From NCBI GenBank assembly GCA_028286665.1, contig JAQBRD010000012.1, forward strand, positions 841-64,840: a stretch of 64,000 bases of DNA, written 5' to 3'. This DNA comes from Candidatus Tayloriibacteriota bacterium (GTDB lineage Bacteria; Patescibacteriota; Minisyncoccia; Phycocordibacterales; PALSA-1337). Position 1 is the stretch's first letter, and each line of letters opens with the position of its first letter. The notes beneath the pieces are model-generated. The model had not been told where the DNA came from, searched no databases, and worked only from the letters and a program-made list of their open reading frames with translations. This document shows positions 46,564-55,842 of this stretch, in pieces. The translations under genes were made by a program, and so were the position numbers.

Positions 46564-47199
46564 ATGTCATTTCGCATTCGTGTGAGATGTAGTACTATGG
46601 ATCTCATGAAGAAGACCTACGAAATCCTCGGCGAAATGCTCAAGCTCAATCCATCGATCACGCACCTCTGCCTGCGGCTGTACGAAAGCAAGACCGGTCT
46701 CGCTGCGACGCATGACGATGCGTTCCGGTATGAATGGATCAGCACTGATCTCGCCTCGGATGTTTCAGAAATCAGCGCGCTCATATCTGAGTTCGAAAAG
46801 GAGGGCTGGACAGTCGGCCTTGCGAGCATGGTCATGACGACCGAGGGCATCATGCACCTGCTCATGCTCGACTATCTCGTCGCGCCATCGGCCAATGCTG
46901 AAGGCGATCTCGCGTGGAAGCTCTCGACCTTCAATCAGAGCGGCGACGTGAACTATCGAATGGACGGCTATCTCATACGAACGAAGAATTCATATCATTA
47001 CCTGAGCAAGTACATCACGACCGAAGCGAATTTCATCAACTTCCTCGGCAGCGCGCTCTTATTCCGGCATTCTGAAGAAGGCGAGTCGCACATCGTCGAT
47101 GACATCTGGCTCGGCCGATCCATCAAGCGGCGTTTCGGCACCATCCGCCTCGGCAAAAAAGAAGGAATCTATCCCACGGTCGCAAGCGAGGTGAAATGA
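46564..47199 (+). CDS. Hypothetical protein
   Basis: 211-aa ORF with no recognisable motifs. An alternative start is at 46597. Confidence 0.45.
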   Translation: MSFRIRVRCSTMDLMKKTYEILGEMLKLNPSITHLCLRLYESKTGLAATHDDAFRYEWISTDLASDVSEISALISEFEKEGWTVGLASMVMTTEGIMHLLMLDYLVAPSANAEGDLAWKLSTFNQSGDVNYRMDGYLIRTKNSYHYLSKYITTEANFINFLGSALLFRHSEEGESHIVDDIWLGRSIKRRFGTIRLGKKEGIYPTVASEVK

Positions 47200-47319
47200 A
47201 TTATTCTGAATTGAAATACTGAAACTGTCGAGTTGTGGATAACTGTTTGCATTTCAATCGTCAAAGAGTAGACTGTATTCAGTATATTTTCCCTGTTCTT
47301 CAAAGAAGAATATTTGTCA

Positions 47320-47428
47320 GTGGTCGTGGATTTCGGTGCGGGTCAGTCAGCGCGCTTCGAAATCCACGACCACTTCAGACATTTCACGTTAGTGAGATTG
47401 CGACTGAAAGGGTCGTGGAAAAAACAAG
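47320..47428 (+). promoter_or_regulatory. Structured 5' leader with a 16-bp perfect inverted repeat and alternative-pairing GGTCGTGG/CCACGACC elements
   Basis: GTGGTCGTGGATTTCG (47320-47335) pairs with CGAAATCCACGACCAC (47358-47373). A third GGTCGTGG copy at 47411-47418 could pair instead with CCACGACC. The ATG of the downstream gene is at 47451. Confidence 0.4.
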
Positions 47429-47450
47429 TAGTTGCGGTGTTTCAAATACA

Positions 47451-47897
47451 ATGAAAACGTTAATTCCACGGCATAGCCTATCCTCGCGAATGCGAGGAAG
47501 CGGCTTGTTTGCCTCGATAGTCGCTATCGCGATATGTGGCGCATTTGCCACCCAGACCGTCCAAGCTTCGCCTCCGCAGACATCTCATGGAAGTGCTGCG
47601 CAGATGGTCGCTTCGGCTCCGTCAACAACGCTTGTCGCGAATGATCGGCTTGTTGCCTCAGAACCGCCAGTGCTCGTCGATTCCGATCAGTTCGGATCGA
47701 TCACCCAAATCGCGAGTATCATTGCGAGTCCTCAACGGCAAAATTCCGCCGTGACGACTATCGGACATGCATTATTGACCGCCACCGGCTCGGATTGCGT
47801 TGCTCAAGCCACGATCGGCATTGATCAATCGTTTACCACTGCAAAGGAGGTTGTTGGGCACGACCACGAATCGGTAGGTCAGATTCTCGCATCCTGA
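47451..47897 (+). CDS. Secreted hypothetical protein
   Basis: Signal peptide MKTLIPRHSLSSRMRGSGLFASIVAIAICGAFATQTVQA. Ser/Ala/Thr-rich mature region. Confidence 0.55.
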   Translation: MKTLIPRHSLSSRMRGSGLFASIVAIAICGAFATQTVQASPPQTSHGSAAQMVASAPSTTLVANDRLVASEPPVLVDSDQFGSITQIASIIASPQRQNSAVTTIGHALLTATGSDCVAQATIGIDQSFTTAKEVVGHDHESVGQILAS

Positions 47898-47983
47898 TAA
47901 TAATCGCGCGAGTAATCGCTCAACCTTCAACCCTTAACCATGCGGTCGCAGGTATCAGTCTAATCAATGACAAATATTCTTAA

Positions 47984-48023
47984 GGCAGGGGAACGCAAAG
48001 CCGTCCCCCTGCCTTTTGATTTT
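47984..48023 (+). terminator. Rho-independent terminator
   Basis: GGCAGGGG followed by a 14-nt loop, CCCCTGCC, then TTTTGATTTT. Confidence 0.8.
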
Positions 48024-48074
48024 CCTGCATAAGCCCCTGTGCTACACTATTCTTATTACCATTCATCTATCTCT

Positions 48075-48785
48075 ATGAATACTTTCAATGCGAAATTCCG
48101 CAGCGCCGCTTCAAAGATAGCATCATTTTGTGCAGTTGCAGCGATCATGCTCGCGCCTGCCGTTTCATCTGCGCATGTCGTCGTAACTCCCAATACGGCA
48201 GCAGGCACGTCCTATCAGACATTCTCGATAGGAGTTCCGTCGGAACGCGAAAGCTCGACAGTCTCGATTCGTCTCGCCATTCCAGAGTTGCTCTCAAGCG
48301 TCCGTCCGAATGTGAAGCCTGGCTGGAAGATCGATATCCATTCTGCGCAGAAGGGAACATCGACTGTCGTGACGGAGATCGTCTGGAGCGGAGGATCGAT
48401 CCCTGCAGGTTTCAGAGACGATTTCGCCTTCAGCGTGAAGACTCCGGCATCCGGTTCCATCATCTGGAAAGCGTATCAGACCTATGCCGATGGCAAGACC
48501 TTCGCCTGGGATGCGCAGCCGGCCGCTGAGCATGGACACGATCATGAAAGCGTATCCGGGCCGTACTCGACGACGAAGATCATTGCTGCTCCTGCGGGCG
48601 CGATGATGCGTGACGATGATGGTGGAGATATGCATATGGATAGCGACATGCATGACAGCGATGCTTCTGCTGCGCCCAGCCATGCCGATCACTCGACGCA
48701 TGACCTCATCCTGCCGCTCATCGCTATCGGGCTGGCGCTCGTCGCGCTCATGGAGATCGAGAAGCTGCATAAGAAGATCAAATAA
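48075..48785 (+). CDS. YcnI-like (DUF1775) copper-binding protein with His/Asp/Met-rich tail and C-terminal membrane anchor
   Basis: Signal peptide. The mature N-terminal HVVVTPNTAAGTSYQTFSIGVPSE is the DUF1775 signature. A metal-binding-like tract MHMDSDMHDSD is followed by a transmembrane helix. Confidence 0.7.
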   Translation: MNTFNAKFRSAASKIASFCAVAAIMLAPAVSSAHVVVTPNTAAGTSYQTFSIGVPSERESSTVSIRLAIPELLSSVRPNVKPGWKIDIHSAQKGTSTVVTEIVWSGGSIPAGFRDDFAFSVKTPASGSIIWKAYQTYADGKTFAWDAQPAAEHGHDHESVSGPYSTTKIIAAPAGAMMRDDDGGDMHMDSDMHDSDASAAPSHADHSTHDLILPLIAIGLALVALMEIEKLHKKIK

Positions 48786-48791
48786 TTCGAA

Positions 48792-49574
48792 ATGAACTCA
48801 AGGATCAATGCGCAAATCATCGCCAACTGCCGCCTCGTCATGGAGGCGTTCAAGGCCGGCAAGCTCGGCCAGACGCGCATGCCGGAGGATTCGAATCCAT
48901 GGTTTTCGAGCAGAGCGGCTCCGACAGGGAAAACTTCTGCCAAAGACTGCGAGATGCGCCTCGCGTATTTCACGCTGCCCATGGCGCTCAACTATCAGCG
49001 CGACAGCTACAAGCTGTGGGAAGCCGCGCTCAAGACCTTCAATGATCCTGAAACGAGGTTCGTATTTGATGTCGCCGCATTGACGAAGGCATCAGAAAGC
49101 GAAGTGCGTGCGGCGCTCACGAAGCACAAGGTCGCGCTCCAGCCGAACAAGCATATCGCGACATGGCGGACGATCGCGCGCACCATTCATGAGCATTGGG
49201 GATCGTTCGAGAAATTTTTCGATGCAGTCGATGGAGATTTCCTGATACTCAAGCGCCTCGTGAATATCGATCACAAGAAAGGCTTCCCGTATATTTCCGG
49301 CCCGAAGATATTCAATTACTGGTCATTCATCATCACGACGTATGGCGGCGTGCGGCTCACGAATCGAGGTCATATCGAGATCGCGCCTGATACGCATATC
49401 ACGCAATGCTCGGTGAAGCTCGGCGTCATAACCGCGCTCGAAGCAGAAGCGCTCGGCAAGGAAGCCGTCTCGCTCCGATGGCGAGAATTGCTCAGCGAAA
49501 GCGGCATCGATCCGATCGACATGCATCCGCCGCTCTGGTTCTGGAGCAGGAACGGGTTTATTTTCGAGCTTTGA
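48792..49574 (+). CDS. Hypothetical protein with a helix-hairpin-helix-like motif
   Basis: FPYISGPKIFNYW resembles an HhH GxG hairpin. No confident family assignment. Confidence 0.45.
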   Translation: MNSRINAQIIANCRLVMEAFKAGKLGQTRMPEDSNPWFSSRAAPTGKTSAKDCEMRLAYFTLPMALNYQRDSYKLWEAALKTFNDPETRFVFDVAALTKASESEVRAALTKHKVALQPNKHIATWRTIARTIHEHWGSFEKFFDAVDGDFLILKRLVNIDHKKGFPYISGPKIFNYWSFIITTYGGVRLTNRGHIEIAPDTHITQCSVKLGVITALEAEALGKEAVSLRWRELLSESGIDPIDMHPPLWFWSRNGFIFEL

Positions 49575-49577
49575 TTT

Positions 49578-49895
49578 TCAGCTGATTTTATTGAAGAAGC
49601 AGGTGGCGCTTCCGGTGTGGCATGCTCCGATGCCATTCTGCTCGACGACATATATGAGAGCGTCGCTGTCGCAATCAGCATATATTTCTCTGATGATCTG
49701 GGTGTTGCCGCTCGTCGCGCCTTTCACCCATAACTCATTCCGCGATGTCGAATAATAGGTCGCGATGCCGGTTTCGATAGTCTGCTGCAGCGCTGCATCG
49801 TCTGCATATGCGAGCATGAGCACTGCGCGCGTCTGCGAATCCTGCGCGATCACGGGAACAAGCCCGCCGCGCTTCTTGAAGTCGATAGTTTCCAT
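49578..49895 (-). CDS. hisI: Phosphoribosyl-AMP cyclohydrolase
   Basis: HisI motifs (LVPVIAQD, the cysteine pair in DCDSDALIY...GACHTG). Confidence 0.9.
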   Translation of the reverse strand: METIDFKKRGGLVPVIAQDSQTRAVLMLAYADDAALQQTIETGIATYYSTSRNELWVKGATSGNTQIIREIYADCDSDALIYVVEQNGIGACHTGSATCFFNKIS

Positions 49896-49900
49896 GATTC

Positions 49901-50779
49901 TTAATAGATTATCTTATTGAGCGGATACTCGATGATGCCTTCGGCGCCGAGGCGCTTCAATTCAGGGATGATCGATTTGACCGTCGTTTCGGGAAGGATT
50001 GATTCGAGCGAGATCCAGCGCCTGTCCGCGAGCGGGGAGATCGTCGGCTTGCGAAGCGCCGGCAGCGAGCTCAGGATCTTCGGCAGGGAACATTTGCGAA
50101 TGTTGAGCTTCAATCCGACCATGCCTTGCGCATCAAGCGCGCTCTTCAGAAGAAGCGAAATCGCTTCCATTTTCTGACGCTTCCAGCCATCTTTGAAGCT
50201 TTCCTCGTTTGCGATGACGCGCGTAGTGGATTCGAGGATCGTTTCGATGACTCGGAGGCTATTCGCACGAATGGACTTGCCGCTGTCTGAAAGCTCGGCG
50301 ATGGCGTCGACGAGGTAGGGGGCTTTCGATTCGGTCGCGCCCCATGAGAATTCGACCTTCGCATCGATGCGATTCTTCCTCAGGAATTTCTTCGTCACAT
50401 TGACGAGTTCGGTGGCTATCGTTTTTCCTTCGAGGTCCTCGATCGTCCGGATCTCTGACTTTTCAGGAACGGCGAGGACGAGCTTCACCGGGTTGCTGCC
50501 TTGCTTCGAGTAGATCAGTTCTGAGAGCTCGCGTACCTGCGCGTCGTTTTCCTCGATCCAGTCCTTTCCGGTGATGCCGAGATCGAATTTGCCTTGCTCG
50601 ACATAGCGGGGGATTTCCTGCGCTCGGATGAGCGTGCACTCGATCTCAGGATCATCGATGCGCGGCGCATATGATCGGCTGTCGGCATCGATCCTGAAGC
50701 CGGCCTTGGCGAATAATGCGATCGTCGCTTCCTTGAGGCTGCCTGCGGGGAGGGCGATCCTGAGCTTGTTCGTTTTCAT
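49901..50779 (-). CDS. hisG: ATP phosphoribosyltransferase (long form with C-terminal regulatory domain)
   Basis: HisG catalytic domain ([10 protein letters not shown]...DLGITGKD) plus the roughly 75-aa C-terminal ACT-like regulatory domain. Confidence 0.9.
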   Translation of the reverse strand: MKTNKLRIALPAGSLKEATIALFAKAGFRIDADSRSYAPRIDDPEIECTLIRAQEIPRYVEQGKFDLGITGKDWIEENDAQVRELSELIYSKQGSNPVKLVLAVPEKSEIRTIEDLEGKTIATELVNVTKKFLRKNRIDAKVEFSWGATESKAPYLVDAIAELSDSGKSIRANSLRVIETILESTTRVIANEESFKDGWKRQKMEAISLLLKSALDAQGMVGLKLNIRKCSLPKILSSLPALRKPTISPLADRRWISLESILPETTVKSIIPELKRLGAEGIIEYPLNKIIY

Positions 50780-50854
50780 CTTGTTTTTTGTTAGTTATTT
50801 TTGTAAGTAGATTTATCATGTCTGCGCAGAGAAAAGCGCGAGAAATATGCAGAG

Positions 50855-50932
50855 AAAAAGCCTCTTGCAGGAGAGGCTTTTTCTGGAGATTGGATTCCGA
50901 CGGAAAAATGCCTCTTTACTGCAAGAGGCTGC
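50855..50932 (-). promoter_or_regulatory. Two tandem terminator-like hairpins with interchangeable stem arms upstream of hisG (candidate attenuator)
   Basis: In - strand reading order: GCCUCUU-GCAGUAA-AGAGGC + AUUUUU, then AGCCUCU-CCUGCA-AGAGGCU + UUUUU, about 75 nt before the hisG ATG. Confidence 0.45.
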
Positions 50933-51049
50933 TATGGATGTTCCCTTGTCGGATTACTGCTGTCATGAGAATGAGGATATCATGCTGATCGCTCCTTGTC
51001 ATCTCGGAGCAGTCTTGACACGGAATTTAAGATGCTGCATCATATCTAA

Positions 51050-51790
51050 ATGAAACACGCCATCAGGCAGCGTTTTCCAAAAAAAGCCGCTTCTGTCAGC
51101 ATTCCGACGCAAGAAGACATTCTCAAGGAACCTCTGTTCCGAAGGGCAACCGCGGGGTTCGTGCGGCAGCATGGCGGAAGATTCGCTCAGGAATTCCTCG
51201 CGCATGCCGAAAAGCTCGGCTTGGTCAGCGAAAAATCCCGCTTCATGTGCCAGAGAAGCCGCTTCGTAGAAGGAGCATATCCGAGCTCTCCGGACTGGCA
51301 TTTCGATGTCATTCCCGGTCTCCCGAGCTCGATCGAGGAGCATGTCACCAATCCGATCGTCTCGGCGATCTTGTGCGCATGCTCGCCTGATCGGGTTTCG
51401 ACTACCGAATTCATCAGCGAAGGAACGGTCATCATTGACGATGGCTCGAATGAGCGGCAGCACTACAAGGGCGGAGAATATCTCCACGGTACCGGGGGCA
51501 AGGTCAACTTCTTCCATCGGCAGATCGAGGACGCGATCAGCAGGGGAGAAATATCGGCGCAGTCGCTCGAGCCGAATCATATCTACGTCTACGATTCATC
51601 GTCGCTTCACCGAGCTTCGAAATTTACCGTGTCAGGAGGCTACCGCCTGATCATCCGCATCACCAATGCTCCTGATGGCTTCATGCAGGAAATTCCGATA
51701 AATGATCAGATCTTGACGCCCGAGCGCGATCAGTACATCGTATTCGTCGACGGATCCTCGGAGGTGTTCGAGAAGCGCTTCATTTCCTAG
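51050..51790 (+). CDS. Hypothetical protein
   Basis: 246-aa ORF with consistent codon usage. A TTGACA -35-like hexamer sits at 51016-51021. Confidence 0.5.
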   Translation: MKHAIRQRFPKKAASVSIPTQEDILKEPLFRRATAGFVRQHGGRFAQEFLAHAEKLGLVSEKSRFMCQRSRFVEGAYPSSPDWHFDVIPGLPSSIEEHVTNPIVSAILCACSPDRVSTTEFISEGTVIIDDGSNERQHYKGGEYLHGTGGKVNFFHRQIEDAISRGEISAQSLEPNHIYVYDSSSLHRASKFTVSGGYRLIIRITNAPDGFMQEIPINDQILTPERDQYIVFVDGSSEVFEKRFIS

Positions 51791-51817
51791 TCGGCCCCCG
51801 TCTGCTATGATGGATAT

Positions 51818-52255
51818 ATGCCTCCGGAAATAACCCAAGAACATATCGATCGCCATGTCCACAGGGGCCTGAAAGCCAGAGTCCGCATCTATTTGTGCAT
51901 ATCCGTATTGATCGTCATAGCGATCGTCTATCGGATCGTCGCGCATGGAAGCGCAGGCTTCTATCCGGTGATCATCTTCATCGTCGGCATCGTGATCGGG
52001 GTCTTTCTCTCGAAGATGTTCAAGATCTCGTGGGATGAGCAGGCGCAGAAAGTCATCTCTCGCATCGATATCTACGGCTTTCTCCTGCTCGCTGCATATA
52101 TCGCATTCGAATTCCTCGGCGAGCGTTACATACACGAGCAATTCTCAGGCTATGATGCCGCGACGATCGTCCTCGCGCTTGCCGGCGGCGCCATCCTCGG
52201 ACGAGGATGGGGAATAGGCCGCAAGATGCTCCAGGTGCTCGGCGAGAATATATAA
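51818..52255 (+). CDS. Hypothetical membrane protein (about four transmembrane helices)
   Basis: TGCTATGAT lies 6 nt upstream. Confidence 0.5.
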   Translation: MPPEITQEHIDRHVHRGLKARVRIYLCISVLIVIAIVYRIVAHGSAGFYPVIIFIVGIVIGVFLSKMFKISWDEQAQKVISRIDIYGFLLLAAYIAFEFLGERYIHEQFSGYDAATIVLALAGGAILGRGWGIGRKMLQVLGENI

Positions 52256-53041
52256 ATGCGCATGAAAGAATTCCTCATCTTCGGCTTGAAACAGGCGCAA
52301 GCCTGCGTATTCGCGGGGTCATTCTTCGTGCTCCTTTTCCTATCGAATCACATCCCGCTCGAAATGCTCGGCATCGCCCGATACGATTTCCTGTTTGTCG
52401 CCGCACTCCTCATCCAGCTCGTCCTGTATCTCACGAAGCTCGAGACGAAAGACGAGGTGAAAGTCATCTTCCTGTTTCATATCATCGGCCTCGTCCTCGA
52501 GCTCTATAAGACCAGTCCCGGAATCGGATCGTGGAGCTATCCAGAATCCGGGTTCTTCAAGATCGCGACCGTTCCGCTCTATAGCGGCTTCATGTATGCT
52601 GCGGTCGGCAGCTACATGAGCCAGGCCTACAAAATATTCAAGATGGAATTGAAGGATCAGGGCAAATATATCTACAGCATCATCCTGGGCGTATTGATCT
52701 ATGCGAATTTCTTCACCAATCATTTCATCCATGACATCCGCTTCATCCTCATTCCTGCCGTCTTCGTCTTGTATTGGAAGACCCGTGTCTATTTCACCGT
52801 GACGGAGAGGCGCCGCTCGATGCCGCTCAGCATCGCATTCCTGCTCGTCGCATTTTTCATCTGGATTGCGGAGAATATCTCGACGTATCTCGGCGCGTGG
52901 CAATATCCCGATCAGGTGCATGCCTGGACAGTCATCTCGACGCAGAAAGTCAGCTCGTGGTTCCTCATGGTCATCATCAGCTTCATCATCGTCGCGTACC
53001 TGAAGCATTACAAGAAAGACGTGCTGAAAATAGGGAATTGA
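52256..53041 (+). CDS. DUF817-family membrane protein
   Basis: Start coupled to the previous stop (TAAATG). Multi-pass hydrophobic protein with a DUF817-like YPESGFFKIATVPLYSGFMY segment. Confidence 0.55.
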   Translation: MRMKEFLIFGLKQAQACVFAGSFFVLLFLSNHIPLEMLGIARYDFLFVAALLIQLVLYLTKLETKDEVKVIFLFHIIGLVLELYKTSPGIGSWSYPESGFFKIATVPLYSGFMYAAVGSYMSQAYKIFKMELKDQGKYIYSIILGVLIYANFFTNHFIHDIRFILIPAVFVLYWKTRVYFTVTERRRSMPLSIAFLLVAFFIWIAENISTYLGAWQYPDQVHAWTVISTQKVSSWFLMVIISFIIVAYLKHYKKDVLKIGN

Positions 53042-53042
53042 T

Positions 53043-53399
53043 ATGTTGGCGGATTTGGCTATACTTAGCCATATCACTATGCGAACACTTAAGGAAAACC
53101 CAACCCTCGCGGATATCCAGGAATACGTCGGGGTTCTTGAGCGTGAGCTCGGCTTCGACAAGACGACTACGAATCTGCAGAGCGCACTCCAGCTCGGCGA
53201 GGAAGTGGGCGAGCTCTTCAAGGCGATCAGGAAGGCTGAAAAGATGCGCGTCGCCGGCGATGCGAAGATCGGTTCGATAGACGAAGAGCTGGCAGATATT
53301 CTCATATTCATTTCGGCAATCGCAAACCGCTACAGCATCGATCTCGAGAAAGCCCTCCGCAACAAGGAAGAAATCAATAAGAAGCGGGAGTGGAAATAA
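53043..53399 (+). CDS. MazG-like nucleotide pyrophosphohydrolase
   Basis: EEVGELFKAIRK and EELADILIF, the MazG EExxE metal-binding helices. Confidence 0.7.
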   Translation: MLADLAILSHITMRTLKENPTLADIQEYVGVLERELGFDKTTTNLQSALQLGEEVGELFKAIRKAEKMRVAGDAKIGSIDEELADILIFISAIANRYSIDLEKALRNKEEINKKREWK

Positions 53400-53412
53400 T
53401 CTACAATCATCT

Positions 53413-53982
53413 ATGAACACGAAACCATCGAAAGTTTTCATTATTCATGGATTTGACGGAAGTCCGAATGGCGGATGGAGACCTTGGCTTATGGGCGAAT
53501 TAGAGAAATCCGACATATACGCGTGCGCCCTCTCGATGCCGACTCCAGCTGAACCTCTTTGCGACGAATGGGTGGAAGAGATAGGTCGGCATGTGCAGCG
53601 GAACAGCGACGCAAATATTTATCTGGTCGGCCATAGCCTCGGAGTTCCTGCGATACTCCGTTATCTCGAATCCATGCCTGATTCAACGAAGCTCGCCGGG
53701 ACGGTCCTTGTTTCAGGTCCGTGTACTCAGACGAAGAATGAGAAGCTCAAGCATTTCTTGGAGAAGCCCTTCGATTTCAGCTCGATACGATCGAAAGCTG
53801 GTAAAGTCGCAATCATTCACGGAGATAATGATGAAGTCGTTCTTGTCACCGAAGCGCACATCCTTTGCGAAAAGCTTGGTGGGGAATTGCACATTGTGAA
53901 GAACGGAGGCCATCTCAATGGCTCATCAGGATGGTTCGCGCTTCCGGATTGCCTCGCGGTTCTTAAAAACTGGATCGACTGA
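53413..53982 (+). CDS. Serine hydrolase of the YdeN/RBBP9 alpha/beta-hydrolase family
   Basis: IIHGFDGSP...GHSLG nucleophile elbow. About 190 aa, the size typical of PF06821. Confidence 0.65.
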   Translation: MNTKPSKVFIIHGFDGSPNGGWRPWLMGELEKSDIYACALSMPTPAEPLCDEWVEEIGRHVQRNSDANIYLVGHSLGVPAILRYLESMPDSTKLAGTVLVSGPCTQTKNEKLKHFLEKPFDFSSIRSKAGKVAIIHGDNDEVVLVTEAHILCEKLGGELHIVKNGGHLNGSSGWFALPDCLAVLKNWID

Positions 53983-54014
53983 AAGAGCCCCGCCCGTTCT
54001 GCGGCATCGGCCGT

Positions 54015-54998
54015 ATGCAGGAAAAACCCCTCAAGCCTTTCAAGAAAATCGGCCCGCTTTTCATCTCGGCGCATTTCAAGGACGCGAAAGATCCATGCAT
54101 CGTTTTTGACGGCCGCATCTGGCATATCTACGGTTCCGGCGGCAATGTCCGCAAGGAAGAATGGAAAGTCCTCCATGCGACCGCGCAGTCGATCGAAGGT
54201 CCATGGACGGAACAGGAACCGGCGATCCTGCTCGGCCTCGACGGTCCGCATGTCGCCGCGCCGAGCGTCGTCTACGATCCGGCTGACAAGCTTTTCCATA
54301 TGGCCATCCAGAAAGACTTCATGATGATCGGCGGGGGAATCGAGTATCTTGTCTCGGCTGACGGGAAGAAATTCACCCTGACGCATACGCTCCTGGACCC
54401 GATCTCGGATTCGTCGGAGGCCGGCCTGTATGACCCGCATTTTTCTGAAGCAGACGGCAAGAAATACATGGTCTATGCCGGCATGCCGTCGAAGATGACG
54501 TATGCGCGCGCATTCACGCCGCAGCCCGATGCGTATCTCGCCGAAAGCGAATCCGGCCTCTGGTCCGGTCCGTGGAAGCGCCTCAAGAAGATCCTCGATC
54601 ATGACGATATCGCCTGGCATCACAATAGCCGCGAGCACGTCGATTATGAATGGGGCATCGAAGGCCCGCAGATCGTCGCCCTGCCGAACGGGAAAGTCCT
54701 GCTCAATGCGACCTGCTTCATCGAAGGCGAGCGGCGGGGAACCCGTCAGCGGGTTTTCTTCGCGCTCGCCGATCGCCCCGAAGGTCCGTATCGAAGCCTC
54801 GGCCCGGTCATTCCTCCGGGCGCTTCGGATTCTGCAGATCAGGAATGGGAATCCGGAGAGAACGGCCACGCGAGCGCGTACGTGAAAGACGACATCCTGC
54901 ATCTTTTCTATCAGGCTCGCTCGCGGAAAGATCCTGATCCGAGGGCCAATAATTGGCAGTACGGCCTCGCGCTTTTCAGGCTCGATGACATGCGGTGA
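54015..54998 (+). CDS. Beta-propeller glycoside-hydrolase-like protein (GH43/GH32/GH130 fold)
   Basis: Repeated DP/D-x-x-W blade motifs (KDPCIVFDGRIWHIYGSG, YDPADKLFHMAI, YDPHFSEADGKKYMVYAG). Confidence 0.45.
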   Translation: MQEKPLKPFKKIGPLFISAHFKDAKDPCIVFDGRIWHIYGSGGNVRKEEWKVLHATAQSIEGPWTEQEPAILLGLDGPHVAAPSVVYDPADKLFHMAIQKDFMMIGGGIEYLVSADGKKFTLTHTLLDPISDSSEAGLYDPHFSEADGKKYMVYAGMPSKMTYARAFTPQPDAYLAESESGLWSGPWKRLKKILDHDDIAWHHNSREHVDYEWGIEGPQIVALPNGKVLLNATCFIEGERRGTRQRVFFALADRPEGPYRSLGPVIPPGASDSADQEWESGENGHASAYVKDDILHLFYQARSRKDPDPRANNWQYGLALFRLDDMR

Positions 54999-55038
54999 TT
55001 TTCTGTAATTTTTGCTTTTGCGGAACGACTTCATCAGT

Positions 55039-55584
55039 ATGAAACATTTAATCACAGGAATTTTCGAATCAAGGGACGCAGCCGAAAAGGCCATTAATCA
55101 TATTCATAACGAATTGAAGATTCCGAATGAGGATATTTCCTTCATCTATCGGAATACGAAGGGGGAGATACGCGAAGTCGATACGAGCGCCATCAGCACG
55201 AATACTCCTGCCGAAGGAGCGAAGACGGGAGCCGCAGTCGGCGGAACTCTCGGAGCCATCGCCGGCCTTGCGGTCGTAGCCGGACTCATCCCGGTCATCG
55301 GACCGGTCTTTGTCGCCGGAACGCTCGCATCAGCTTTGGGAATCGGACTTACCGGAGCAGTCGGCACGACCATCGCAGGAGCGCTCACCGGAGCTGCCGC
55401 TGGCGGACTTGTCGGAAGCCTCGCGAGCATGGGCGTCGGAAAGGAGAATGCACAGCGTTACGCTGACCGCGTCCTTGCGGGAGACATTCTGGTTGCGGTA
55501 TATTCGACGGACCCTGCGAACGTCGCGACGCTCATGGACAAGACCGGCGCGGTCGAGATCAACAAATACGCTCCGAAGATCTAA
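55039..55584 (+). CDS. General-stress-protein YflT-like (heat-induced) protein with Gly/Ala-rich membrane-like segment
   Basis: N-terminal ITGIFESRDAAEKAINHI matches the YflT/GSP17M domain. The central part is a G/A-rich hydrophobic stretch. Confidence 0.55.
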   Translation: MKHLITGIFESRDAAEKAINHIHNELKIPNEDISFIYRNTKGEIREVDTSAISTNTPAEGAKTGAAVGGTLGAIAGLAVVAGLIPVIGPVFVAGTLASALGIGLTGAVGTTIAGALTGAAAGGLVGSLASMGVGKENAQRYADRVLAGDILVAVYSTDPANVATLMDKTGAVEINKYAPKI

Positions 55585-55613
55585 TCAGCGCGGCTTCCGC
55601 GCATTCCGAACCA

Positions 55614-55829
55614 ATGAACCGCTACGGACCGAAAGCTTCGAAGAAAGTCGGGAAAGCCATGCATGAATACAAGCGCGGCGATTTGAAGATGGGCAGAAGC
55701 GGAAAGAAGGTGAAGAGCCGCAAGCAGGCCATTGCCATCGGCCTCTCCGAAGCGAAGAGATCCGGAGCGAAAGTGCCTCCGGCGCCGAAGCGTTCCGTAT
55801 CGCGCAGCAAGCGAAAACCTATCAGATAA
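55614..55829 (+). CDS. Small basic conserved protein (DUF6496-like)
   Basis: MHEYKRGDLKMGRSGKKVKSRKQAIAIGLSEA matches the widespread small DUF6496 pattern. Confidence 0.5.
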   Translation: MNRYGPKASKKVGKAMHEYKRGDLKMGRSGKKVKSRKQAIAIGLSEAKRSGAKVPPAPKRSVSRSKRKPIR

Positions 55830-55842
55830 TCATTTCAACCAC

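Noticed and set aside
47234-47430. Possible oriC: an AT-rich stretch with a perfect DnaA box (TGTGGATAA) and three degenerate boxes.
   Set aside because: Only one perfect box was found. There is no dnaA or dnaN nearby, and the element is better explained as a structured leader or operator for the downstream gene.
50780-51049. A classical his-operon leader-peptide attenuator.
   Set aside because: The only small ORFs in the leader contain zero or one His codon. No run of His codons is present. The two-hairpin architecture is kept as a finding but not called a His-leader.
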